Assembly: GCA_043228905.1 (NCBI GenBank)
Contig: JBHGNT010000001.1
Coordinates: 26,350,001 to 26,414,000, forward strand
DNA: 64,000 nt
Reading direction: 5' to 3'
Origin: Azolla caroliniana
Lineage: Eukaryota > Plantae > Polypodiophyta
The position numbers and the translations under genes were made by a program. Position 1 is the stretch's first letter. Every line of letters starts with the position of its first letter. The notes under the pieces were generated by a model. The model had not been told where the DNA came from. It did no database searches and saw only the letters and a list, made by a program, of their open reading frames with translations. Below, piece after piece: positions 47,825-60,080 of the stretch.

Positions 47825-50178
47825 CCGAAACCCCGCCTGCTTCTTTCCATCCGGCGCACCTGGGTTGCTGGCACCGGTCGGTTTCGATCTGAACCGGGTC
47901 TCATACCTCTACGGGGGGCTGACCCCTCTGGCCTTTCCTGCCCATTTGTCCTCCACCAGAACCTCGTAGTTCTGGCAAGCGGCTTCTACGAAGCCCGTTT
48001 TCTCTTCGACCGGATCGTCCCAACTGATGACCTCCTGGACCCGCTATTCCGCGCAGTCCGCCTCTTCCTTCTTCAGCCGAACTCCGGAGAGGCCTTCTAG
48101 CACTAGCGGCCAGAATCCGGAGTCCTTCGCCTTCCGGGTCTCATCACCCCCAACCCGAATTCCCGCCGACACCGAGTAGTTGACGGCTTCGACGTGCCGT
48201 GCCGCGGCCTCTTCCATCAACCTCTTCATTCCGTCGCGCCCCCCGTATTCAATTCTAGGGCTCTCCGGGTCTCGCTCGCGTGCACCCGCCCATTCCAGAG
48301 GTACACCACGTTGGTCCTGAGCGCGTCGGCGAAATCCGTGCAATCCTTCTAAATGTGACCGATCGCGTCACACCACATGCACCGCTGCCCAGCCGGCGGC
48401 CTCCGGTCGCGAGGTTGTTCGCCGCTGTCTCTCCGGGCCTGTGCGATCTGCAGGTCGTACACCATCTGTGTCAGCTCCTCCAGAGCCGCTCCTCCGAATG
48501 GGCCTCTGACCACGTCGTTCAATGCAGACCCCGACTCTGGCCAGATTCGGGTATCTTCCTTCCTACCGGCCGGTACCGATACCGGCTCCTCGAGCCTCCT
48601 CCCCAGGACCGGCCCCGACCCCAACGAGCTTCCGTCACTCTAATCGCGCCGTTTGTCAAAACGCTAGCAGACCCGTTTTACCACGGCCCAGTCTGTCGTA
48701 AGCCCTTCGTCCGTTTCCAATAGGGGACCCACCTTTTCCCTGTCGAGCGCGTCCACCGACTTGACAAACAGTAGTACTCGACTTGTTTCGAGCACCGTCC
48801 GGTCCAGCGTTGACAGCCGCGTGAACCGTTTTTCGAACTCCTAGAGGAGCACCGACGTGTTCCTCCCCTTTCCGGGGCTTTCCACCCACGCCATGAAGTC
48901 CCGCCTCGATAGCCGAAGCGAGTCGTCAAACCCGTACTTCTCGAGGAGCTGCTGCTCGAACTCCTCCCAAGTCTGGCATCCGGCCAGCACCTCGAGCACC
49001 TCCGTGTGGATGCCCGGCGTCACCACCCGAGGGAATCTAGACTGCCGCCTGTCCACCGGGATATCCCTCATGATCATTTCGGCCCGGTAAGCCTCCAAAT
49101 AACTTGTGGCGTCTTTTTCTCTGAAACGGCCTATAGAGCCGATGATCGATTCAATGGCTTTGTCGAGGGTACCCGTCCCCTCACGAGCGCTCACCAGCCG
49201 GTCAACGGCCACCGCCATTGCCTCTGCTAGCTCTGATCCTCTCATCTTTCGACTCCTTTTCCACCCCGTTCACGTCGGGTTCACCAAAGATGTCGCGTTG
49301 TTACGCGCATGCGTGTAGAGGGGCGGGACCACAGGGGTCTTGAACCGAGGAGCGAGCGAGAGAGAGAGAGACTTGTAGATACGCGAAGAGAGAAGGAGAG
49401 ATATAGAACGTAACACTCGATTTCAATAACAAGAGTTTACAACGACAAGAGAATACAATAACAAGAGAATACAAGAGAATACGACTCTAACGATTACAAC
49501 CGGCAAGGTGGCGATGGACCCGACACGGGGATCCTACTCACACACACAAACAGCACTCACTCGACTCCCAGAAACAAAACAAAAGGGGGAGAGCCTCTGT
49601 TGGAAGCGCATGGGCTGTCCACGAAGCAGAGGCAGCGAGCTTTTGACCCACAGAGATCGACGGCCGGCGGAGAAGAGAGAGCTTGGCACCCAGATCTGCA
49701 GTAGCACCTCGTCCTCCCTAGCACGCGATCCCTGTTCTTTCCTCCTCTCTCTCCTTAAATACTTCCCCAAAAAGGGGTGCCCCCTTTTCCTTAGCCAAAC
49801 TGCTTTATTCCTTGTCCCTGTCGACAGAGATACACACAAAATCCCCTAATAAATGTGCACTACCTAGTATTTACACCAGTCACCTTAATTACGAATTATG
49901 TACAATATATCAATCCTCACATCCTCCCGTGTAAGAGCCGGTTCATGCGCCTTTTTCTTCGATTCCACTTATGGCCGGTTTTCTTCATGACACCCTATAG
50001 ACTTGTATAAAAGTGTTCGTTGAACACATACTATGTACAGAGTGTTGATATAATTTTTGAATAGTGATTCTTGTTCTGCTCTCTTTGTCTCTCCCGCGTA
50101 TTGTTAAGCTCTCCATTAAACTTGTTCTCTGTTTTCTGTTTTCTATTGCTTCCGCACGCTATTTGTTTCTACAAACTC

Positions 50179-53100
50179 CATCATCCACTTTACATGAAGC
50201 GGACATTAAACTACCAAAAAAATACAAGGAGTTCTCAGATGTCTTTGATAAGGTGAAGGCCAATACATTGTCAGAGCATCGGCCATACGACTGCCCTATT
50301 GACTTACAACCGGGGAAAGAACCTCCATGGGACCCAATTTATAATCTCCCCCCCTTGTAGAGCTAGAGACTTTGCGTGAATATATTGATGAGAATCTGGC
50401 AAACAGATTCATTCGGCATTCTAGATCCCCTGCGGGTGCACCTATCTTCTTCATTAAGAAAAAGAATGGGACTCTTCGGTTGGTCGTGGATCATCAAATG
50501 CTAAACAAAGTGACTATCCAGAATAGATATGCTCTACCGTTAATCCCGAATCTTTTGGAACATCTCAGTGGAGCAAAATATTTCACAAAGTTAGACCTTC
50601 GCAGTGCATATAATCTAGTTTGGATTCGCCCGGGGGATGAATGGAAAACAACGTTTCACATTCACTATGGACATTTTGAGTATATTGTGATGTCATTCGG
50701 TCTCACGAATGCACCTGCAGTTTTCCAACATATGGCGAATGATATTTTTCGAGTTTTTCTCGATATCTTCACTACAGTTTACCTAGATGATGTTCTAATC
50801 TACTCGAAGACCCAAGAGGAGCATGATGAACATGTTCGTCAAGTACTGCGTCAACTCCGAGAATATGGTGTCTATGCAAAATTAGAAAAGTGTAGTTTCG
50901 GCTAGAATCAAGTCGAATTTTTGGGGTATGTTGTATCATTAGATGGTATTGTTATGGACCCCATGAAGGTACAAACAATTATAGAGTGGAAAACGCCCCT
51001 TTCAGTGCGCGATGTGCAATGTTTTCTTGGGTTTGCAAATTTTTATCGAAAATTTATTAAAGATTATTCCAAGGTCGTGCTTCCGCTCACTCAACTCACA
51101 CACAAGAATCAGCCATTTATATGGAGTTCAGATGTAGCTGAGGCATTCAAAAGCTTAAAACGAGCGTTCACAATGACACCTATCTTAGCACATGTCGACC
51201 CAACAAAACGCTTCACCCTTGAAGCCAATGCATCCGATTTTGCACTAGGGATTATCCTATCACAGACTGGAGATGATGGACAGCTACACCATGTCGCCTT
51301 TCATTCCCAAAAGTTTGAAGCTGTAGAGATCAACTACGAGATCCATGACAAAGAACTTCTTGCAATTGTGGATTCTTTTCAACAATGGCGACATTTTCGA
51401 GAAGGTTCTTCTCAGAAGATCATTGTTTACAATGATCATAAGAACTTGACATATTTTCAAAATGCTCGAGTCTTGAGTCGGCAACAAGCCCGGTGGGCAC
51501 AGTTTTTGCCTCACTTCGACTTTGTCATCATATATCGCCCTGGGATGCAGCAAGGCAAAGCAGATGCTCTTTCTCGGCGCTCTTATATGGCACTTCGTCC
51601 AGGGGAACCTGCATTCGAGCATAAAAAACAAATCCTTTTGGATCCTAATCGCCTATGATTAATGGTAATTAATGCCATAACAACGCTTGAAGATTCCACT
51701 CTTCTTGATTCCATTCGTGATCATATGGCCACTGATGAATTCGCCAAGGATGTTTTGGATCATATCGTCCCATATCGTGCTTCTTGCTCACAGTCGAAAA
51801 CTCTCGTAATGATTATCGTCAGTTCTATTGGTATGGTGGTTTTCTATTTCGGCAAAACCTATTGTATGTTCCTGATGGTCCCCCATGACTACAAGTTTTA
51901 CAACATTGCCATGACTCACCAATGGCTGGTCATTTTGGAGTTCGCAAAACTCTAGAATTAATTTCTCGACACTATTGGTGGCCCCGCCTTCGTCATTTTG
52001 TTGAGGAGTATGTTCGCAATTGTGATATATGTTGTCAATCAAAAAGTCCTCGACACCGATCCAATGGCTTACTACTACCACTTCCCATTCCGAAAAATCC
52101 TTGGAAGTCTATATCCTTGGATTTCAATACTGATTTCCCAGTTTCAAAAGGTTTTGATGCAATTCTCAACGTGGTGGATCGACTTACCAAAATGGCACAC
52201 TTCTTGCCATGTATGAAGTCTATTAATAGTCAAGAGGTGGTCGACCTCGTTATGCGGGAGGTATTTAGGCATCATGGTCTGCCGGATGATATTATTAGTG
52301 ATCGTGGTCCACAATTCATGTCAAAGTTTTGGAAGGACATGTTCAAACTTCTCCACATTTCGGTTAAGCTTTCTTCAGGCTATCATCCCGAGACTAATGG
52401 CCAAACTGAACGTACCAACCAGACTTTGGAGCAATATCTCCGTTGTTTCATCAACTATCAACAAGATAAATGGGTTGATTTTTTGCAGTTGGTTGAATTC
52501 TCTTACAACAACTTAGCCCATTCTTCTATAGGATATTCCCCATTTTTCGCAAAATACGGGTTGTCATCCACGGTGGACGATGAATGCGCATCCACACATT
52601 CCTACCAACCCTGGTGTTGAGGATCGTCTTAGTCGCCTCCAAGAAATTCACACTACCATTCTCCACAATTTGCATGATGCTCAAGTTATACACAAGAGGG
52701 TTGCGGATCGTCATCGCCTAGACTCCTAAAAAAAGTTTCGCGTTGGGGATCATGTATAGCTTCTCCAACACAACATCAAGACCACTCGGCCTTGTAGTAA
52801 ATTCAATTACCAATGTTTTGGCCCTTATATGATCACTGGTAAGATAAGTGATGTTGCATTTCGTTTTGGCCTCCCTCCGTACATGCGTCTTCATCCGGTG
52901 TTTCATGTATCCCTTTTGGAACATTATATAACAAGTTCAATTCTGGGCTATCTTACAACACCCCCACCACCTGTTGAGTTCTTGGATGGACCCAAATTTG
53001 AGGTTGTTGCCATTCTCGATTCTAAAATTGTGCGCAACAAGCTGTATTACTTGGTCGGTTGGCTAGGCTATACCTCCCATGATCGAACTTGGGAACCTGC

Positions 53101-53300
53101 CGCAAATCTTTCCAATGTTGCGGATATGTGGTCAGTTGGCTAGGCTATACCCCCCATGATCGAACTTGGGAACCTACCGCAAATCTTTCCAATGTTGCGG
53201 ATATGTGGTCGGTTGGCTAGGCTATACCCCCCATGATCGAACTTGGGAACCTACCGCAAATCTTTCCAATGTTGCGGATATGGTCACTGCATTTCATCGC
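50179..53300 (+). pseudogene. chromovirus-C RT-RNase H-integrase-chromodomain
   Basis: YLDD, EANASDFALG, GHFG...CDIC and the chromodomain FEVVAILDSKIVRNKLYYLVGWLGY...TWEP. Confidence 0.92.
53052..53282. repeat. 3 x 77-bp tandem repeat of the chromodomain core
   Basis: tggtc(g/a)gttggctaggctatac begins at 53052, 53129 and 53206. Confidence 0.92.
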
Positions 53301-53762
53301 TAATATCCTCATAAATCATGGCCTAATACAAACCCTACAACCCGTGAAACGTGTCGTCGAAGAAGGGGAATAGTGACATGATGACACTCACATCATGCCT
53401 CGAAAGGATTTGAACCCACGACCTTGTTGTACATATGTCAAATCCTTAACCATTGTATTAATATTCTTATATGTATAGTGTTTAGAATATATAATCTAAT
53501 ATCATAGGAATATTCTATAATACTCTACATTTTAGAATAACCTAGAATATTCTAGAGTGTTCTATACACTAGAACCTTCTAGAATATTCTAGAAACCTTC
53601 TAGATTACTCTACATTCTAGGATGACCTAGAATATTCTAGTGTTCTCTATTACTTATAAATAGGGATCTATCAATTATCCCAAACCTAAATTGGTTCAAC
53701 GCCATTTTGTAGCACTCTATTGTGTACTCCTTGTAATCAATTTTACTCTGCAATAAAATATT

Positions 53763-53833
<71 letters not shown>

Positions 53834-53841
53834 ACACATCC

Positions 53842-56800
53842 TACATTCGATGCTTAATCGACATGAGCTTGTATAACAACTTCAATGAGGAGAAGAAGGC
53901 TCAGGAACTCTGTGAGAAGATAGGCATAATGTTTTAGAACAAGAGTGTTGTAAATCGACTCTCAGTATTTTGAAAGTTGGTGAGACTCAGATATCAAGAC
54001 GGCGAAGCACATGAATGCCTTCCAGGGGCTTATAAATCAAACTACCTCGTTGGAGGTACCTCTAGCTGACGAGGTACTCGTGTTGTTGTTGTTCAGCTCC
54101 CTCTTGGATAGTTGGGAGACGTTAGTTGTCACTTTGGGCAACGCCGGGCCAGAAGGTAAACACATATCCCTAGAGAGAGTAAACTCAAGCTTGCTAGATG
54201 AAGAGGCACATCAAAAAGACAAGGAAGTGATCTCAGACTCGAAAGCGCTAGTTACCGAAACCGACACACAATGAGGAAGAGCGGGAATCGGAGTCCCCAG
54301 ATCCGGGAAAAGTCGGGGATGAGGTCAAAATCAAGGGGGAGGCCCACGTGCTTCTACTGTGAGAAGTTGGGGCATTTCCAGAAGAACTGCTGACACTGCC
54401 GGAAAGAGAAAGGGTCCGGACCGGAAGAGTTCATATCGGAAAGGAACGTTGGCAATCACGACAAGTGAGGAAGAACTACTGCTCATCACCGAGGAGAGCG
54501 AGCTACATCTTGTCAACGACGAAATGACGTGGGTGGTCGACTCCGGAGCATCGTTCCATCTGACTCCCGACTGGAAGTGCTTCGCATCCTACAGAGCTGG
54601 AGATCGCGGTTGTGTGAGAATGGGAAATATGAAGGTGCATGCCAAATTGTCGGCATAGGAGACGTGTCGCCGACAACGTCAACCGGGTGCAAGTTATGTT
54701 GAAGGATGTCGAACACGTTCCGGAGGTTCAGTTGAACCTGATATCAACCGGTCGGCTAGATGATGAAGGCTACACGAGTGGCATCCGGAACGAAGTCATG
54801 AAGTTCAACAAAGGGAGCCTGATCGTGGCCCAAGCCCAGCAGAACAACACTCTATACCTAATGCATGCCCGGATATGCCGGGAGCAAGTAAATGTGGCAT
54901 CTGACATTGTGGATGAGTTGTGGCACAAGAGGTTGTGTCACATGAGCCAGAAAGGGATGTGTAAACTTGCCGAGGACAACATCATTCCGGAGGTGAAAAA
55001 TGTGCAACTTGAGAGGTGCACAGACTGTTTGTTCGGCAAGCAGAACTGAACCTCTTTCCAGTCGAGACCACCGACAAGACGGAAAGAACCACTAGAGCTC
55101 GCGCATACCGATGTATGCCAAGTGGACACGAGGTCACATGTTGGGTCACAGTACTTCGTGACGTTCATAGATGACCACAGCCAGAAGTTGTGGGTCTCAC
55201 AGCTGAAGACGAAAGATCAGGTATTGACTGTCTTCAAGGAGTTCCATGCAAGAGTGGAAAGAGAAACTAGCGAGAAGCTAGAAGCTGAAAACAATTCGAG
55301 CCGAAAACGGTGGAGAGTATCGGGGGAAGTTTGAGGAGTATTGCCAGTCAAAAGGAATCCGGCTCGAATTCTCCGTACTGAAGACGTTTGAGCTAAAATA
55401 ATTGGCGAAAGGATGAACCGAACTGTGATGGAGAGAGTCCATAGCATGTTGGCACATGCTAAATTGCCCAAGACGTTCTGAGCTGAGGCATTAATGACAA
55501 CGACGTACGTGATAAACAGGTCACCCTCGACACCCTTGGAGAAAGACACACAGTAGAGAGTATGGACTGGTAAAGATGTGTCGGCACTTGAAGGTGTTCG
55601 GTTGCCTCGCCTATGTACATGTAGCAAAGGACAAGATAGCAAAATTGGATCCGAAGTCTTGGTCATGCATATTCCTTGGGTACGACGATGATGAGTTCGG
55701 TTACCGAGTGTGGGGGACTTGGTCGACAAGAAGGTCTTCTGAAGTCGAGACATAGTCTTCATGGAAGACAAAACCATTGCTGATTAGGAGTCAGAGACGA
55801 AGACAATGGGATTCAGGGTCGATCGATAGAGATCAGTTGGAAGAAACATTGACACATCCGGTTGGAAGCTAGATGTCAGCCGAAGACCATGATGAACTGG
55901 CCAGAGGAACTGAACCGACCGATGAAGAATTGGACAACAGAACCAGACAAGGCCCCGAATCAGATTCGAATGAAGAATAGACAAAGGAGCTACTGGTTGG
56001 AAGCCAAGGAAGGAGATACCCTCTCAGAGAGAGAAGGGCCCCCAGAGATTTCCAGATGCAAAGCGTGTTTTGATAACCGACAAGGGGGAACCGGAAAGCT
56101 TTGAAGAAGCAAGGAGGGACGCCCACAACCAAAAATGGTTGAGTGCCATGCAAGATGAAATGGATTCCCTGCATGAGAACCATACATACGAACTGAAGGA
56201 GTTACCGAAAGGAAAGAGAGTGCTCCGGAACAAGTGGGTGTACAAGTTAAAACCGGGAGATGCCGGAAATCCACCAAGATAAAAAGCCCGGATCGTGGTG
56301 GAGAGGTTTCAATAGAAGAAAGGAGTGGATTTCGACGAGATCTTTGCCCCGGTAGTCAAGATGAAATCCATCCGGATAGTGTTGAGCATAGCGGCAAGCA
56401 TGGACCTCAAGGTCAAGCAACTAGACATCAAGACGACATTTCTACACAGTGATCTCGAGGAAGAGATCTACATGCAGCAGCCGGAGGGATTCGTCAAGAA
56501 AGGGAAGGAGAACTTGGCACAGTTGAAGAAGAGCCTATATGGATTGAAGCAAGCCCCCCCGACAATGGTACCAGAAGTTTGACTCCTTCATGACCAATTA
56601 AGGATACCACAAGACACAAGCTGACCATTGCGTGTTCGTGAAGAAGTTCGACGGAGGAAACTTCCTGATACTTCTACTATATGTTGATTACATGTTGATC
56701 GTCAGACGGAACCATATCAAGATTGGAATGTTGAAGAAGGCCCTGAGCCAGTCATTTGCAATGAAAGAGATAGATTTTAGGGATGCACATAGTCTGGGAC

Positions 56801-57651
56801 CGGACGAAGAAGTTGTTGTGGTTGTCACAGGAGAAGTACGCAACAAAGGTGTTTCAAAGGTTCAACATGTCGGATGCTAAGCTGGTTGGGTCGAAACTTC
56901 CGACAAATTGCAAATGTCCGGAAAGCATAGCCCGAAGACAAAGGCAGAGAAGTCGGAAATGATGAAGATAGTGTATGCCTTTGTAGTTGGAAGCTTCATG
57001 TACGCAATGGTGTGTACACGACCGGATATCGGATATGCAGTCGGAGTGGTCAGTTGTTTCATACACAATCCGAGAGAGAACACTGGGCCGCTATCAAGTG
57101 GATACTCTGATACTTGAAAGGCACCTCGAGCATGTGCCTCCGATTCAGCTCCGGTAAACCCCTATTGGAAGGATTCACCAATTTGGACATGTCGGTTGAT
57201 GTAGATACCAGCTGGTCTACATCGGGATACGTCATGACATATGCAGGGGGAGCCGTAGCATGGTAGTCGAGGCCGTAGAAGTCTGTTGCATTGTCACCAA
57301 TGGAAGCAGAGTACATGGTAGCCGTGGAAATAGACAAGGAAGTAATCTGGATGAAGGACTTCATAGGAGAACTAGGAGAACGAGGAATACGGGCAGGAGG
57401 AATACCGGCTCTACTGCGATAGTCAAAGTGCCATAATCTTTGCAAAGAACGTGGCCTACCACTCCCGAACCAAGCATATCCAAAGGAGATATCACTGGCA
57501 CCGGGAGAAGGTAGAAGACAAAAATTTCTTGCTAACGAAGATCCACACGGAGGAGAACGGGTCGGACATGCTGACCAAGGTACTAACAACTGACAACTTG
57601 GACGTGTGCCAAAAACGGATTGGATTGGCAAGACATCCCATGCTGGAGTGA
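53842..57651 (+). pseudogene. Copia-5 gag-pol remainder, degraded
   Basis: WVVDSGAS, LWHKRLCH, QLDIKTTFL, LYVDY and TKHIQRRYHW; collinear with Copia-1. Confidence 0.9.
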
Positions 57652-58176
57652 AGGGGGAGTTTGTTGGGAAACCGGTCCCTCCGGATGGGATCTGGATGAG
57701 AATTGATCAAGCCGAATCAGACGAGTTCAAGGAAGGAACCGGACCGGATGGATCCGGAAGGTATCCGGACGGTCATATTTGTAAATAGTACCAAAGTTAT
57801 ATATGTATAAATATAACTAGGGCAACATTGTTCTGTTGTTGTAGTTGTTGTAGTTGTTGTAGTTGTTGTTAGTTGTATAGAGAGACATAAAGAGAGAGAG
57901 AGAGAGATACAGAAAGTCGTATATGTTGTAACTGTTGGTTTGGCGAAGATATAGAGCATGAGGTCGTTGCCTCTGTGACTCTTACTATAATACCTCTTCC
58001 CTATAGTAATCCTGTTCGGAGTTGCTTGAAATCCCGTGGTTTTCCCCAATTAGGGTTTCCACGTTAATATCATGCATCGTCTTGCCTGACTGTGTAAGTG
58101 CATTCATCATTATCTTACTTCGGTTTCTTTCATTGAGTGATTAAGACTTGGTTGTGGTTGAGCACTATTTCTATCA

Positions 58177-60080
58177 ATAAGACCTATAGGTTCTAATGTT
58201 GGAACATGGGATCCAACCTACAAATAATTTGAGGTTCCACTGAGACTTGAACTCAAGTTACTGGATTTAGAGTCCAATGTCCTAAGTGGTAAACCATGGA
58301 ACCAACAACCTAAATGTAATGTTTTTCCATTAAATGCAACACTTCTATATTTCTATCTTGAATCTACATGAATGCCATTTAAGATTGAAATAGGACATAT
58401 GGGATCCAACATTGCAACACTTCAATTCGGCCCATTGGATTCAACCCTACAGAAACTTGAACTTGGGTGATTGGAGTCAAAGTTTAGAGTCCTAACCACT
58501 AGAATATGGAATCCACAAAGCTAAATTTAACTTCCATATTCCTATCTTGAATCTATTGGAATTTTCCACGTAAGGTTGAAATAGGACCTATGAGTTCCAA
58601 CATGGTATCCAATCTTGAAATAGGACCTATGACCCATGGGATCCAATCTTGTGAAGGTTATTCAATCTTGCAAAGGTTCTACCAAAGCTTGAACCAGTTA
58701 TTCGATTTAGAGTCCAATATCCTAACGTGGAACCAATCAAGGATCAATTTGAAGCATTTGATCAAATGCAATGCTTAGATATATTTCTCTCTTGAATATA
58801 TAAGAATGCCAAATGAGGTTGAATTAGCACCTATGGGATCCAACAGTGCAACAATTATACTAGACCTATGGGATCCAACCTTGTGAAGATACGAGATCTA
58901 TCTAGGCTTGAACTCAGGTTATTGGAACCCAGAAGGATCAATTCCAATTTTCAACTATTCCACCCAAATGCAGCACTCAATGTTTTTCTCTTGAATCTTT
59001 AGCAATTATGGTTCAAATAAGACATATGGGATTCAACATTGCAACAATTAAATTGACACACGGGATCCAACCTTGCAACCAATTTGAGGTTCCACCGAGA
59101 GTTAAACTCGGGTTATTGGATTCAAAGTCCAATGTCCTAATAGCTAAACCATGGAACCCACGAGGCTCATATTTAGGCCTTAATGTTTATATAATAAATA
59201 CATTTCAAAGACCTATGCCCTAAGCTCTACACTATGGAACCAACAAAGGCTCAAATTTGATCGTGATGTTTAAATCTGATCTATGGGATATTTCAAAGAC
59301 CAATGCCCTAAGATCTAGACTATGGAACCAACAAAGGCTCACATTTGATCGTGATGTTTAAATATGATCTATGGGATATTTCAAAGACCAATGCCCTAAG
59401 ATCTAGACTATGGAACCAACAAACACTCACATTTGATCATGATTCTAAATATGATCTATGGGACTTTTCAAAGACCAGTGTCCTAAGATCTAGATTATGG
59501 AACCAACAAAGTTTAAGTTATGGGATCCAACACAACAACATTGAAATTTGACCCATAGGATCCAACAATGCAAACGATTGTAAGTTTCACATGGACTTGA
59601 ACTTGGGCTATTGGATTCAAAGTCCAACATCCTAATCGCTAGACCATGAAATAATCAATATGATAACTAAAGTTAATTTCTCTATTGAATGGGTCACTTT
59701 TGTTTCTGTCACTTTCATTGTTGACATCTAATCATATTTTCAAATACTACTAATCATATTTTCAAATACGACGCAGGATCTAGAATTGGAACACTTAATG
59801 TGACCCATGGGATCGAACCAAGCTTGAACTCAGGTTATTGGATTCAAAGTACAATGTCCTAACAACTAGACCATGGAACCAATTTAAGATGATCACTAGA
59901 ACATAGAATGAACAAAAGTTGTAAAGTTCAAATATAATCCTTGGGGTTGAACCCAAGTGAAATTCAAATACGATTGATGGGATCCAACCATGCAATTAAT
60001 TTCAATTTCCACTTAGACATGAACTGAGGTTACTTGATCCAAAGTCCAATTTCCTAACCACTAAACCATGGAACCAACAA
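58177..60080 (-). repeat. tRNA-Gln array, right block (about 8 degenerate copies)
   Basis: tRNA-like segments at 58232-58303 (CTA), ~58455, ~58674, ~58893, 59087-59158 (TTG), ~59582, ~59820 and ~60005, with the same spacer motifs as the left block. Confidence 0.88.
59200..59510. repeat. about 4 x 88-bp satellite derived from the tRNA-Gln 5' half
   Basis: ttcaaagaccaatgccctaagatctagactatggaacc recurs near 59203, 59290, 59378 and 59466. Confidence 0.85.

Larger units (their letters stand above)
42832..49992 (-). mobile_element. full-length Ty3/gypsy non-chromovirus element 'Gypsy-9' (tRNA-Trp primed; autonomous-type structure, now degraded)
   Basis: LTRs 42832-43574 and 49291-49992; PBS at 49269-49286; PPT at 43575-43591. 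gag from 49245, protease LVDHGSEIN (47824-47108), RT FLDD (46952-45429), RNase H/integrase (45389-43749). TSD tcgt/ccct derived from ccgt. Confidence 0.93.
27703..50173 (+). mobile_element. full-length degraded Ty1/copia element 'Copia-6'; both LTRs are interrupted
   Basis: Perfect TSD aactc (27698-27702 / 50174-50178). 5' LTR = 27703-27890 + 36408-36643; PBS tggtatcagag at 36644-36654; gag-pol pieces at 36733-41975. 3' LTR = 42587-42831 + 49993-50173. Confidence 0.93.
25597..53836 (+). mobile_element. full-length Ty3/gypsy chromovirus 'chromovirus-C' (Tcn1-like)
   Basis: LTRs 25597-25960 and 53374-53836; TSD cagcc/catcc. gag with CCHC (26335-27135) and protease LLDSGA (27162-27702). RT, RNase H, integrase and chromodomain lie at 50179-53300. 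PPT agaaggggaa. Confidence 0.93.
24898..58176 (+). mobile_element. full-length degraded Ty1/copia element 'Copia-5' (Copia-1 family), outermost element of the 33.3-kb nest
   Basis: LTRs 24898-25381 and 57662-58176; PBS tagtatcagagcg at 25385-25397. gag starts at 25417 (MEDSFDGMFKLT...MHMKTTA) and resumes at 53842 (YIRCLIDMSLYNN). PPT gaagggggag; TSD atcag/ataag. Confidence 0.93.

Noticed and set aside
53765-53830. Long (CT)n/(GA)n tracts here and at 25088, 30931 and 42901
   Set aside because: Ordinary LTR microsatellites whose length differs between sister LTRs.
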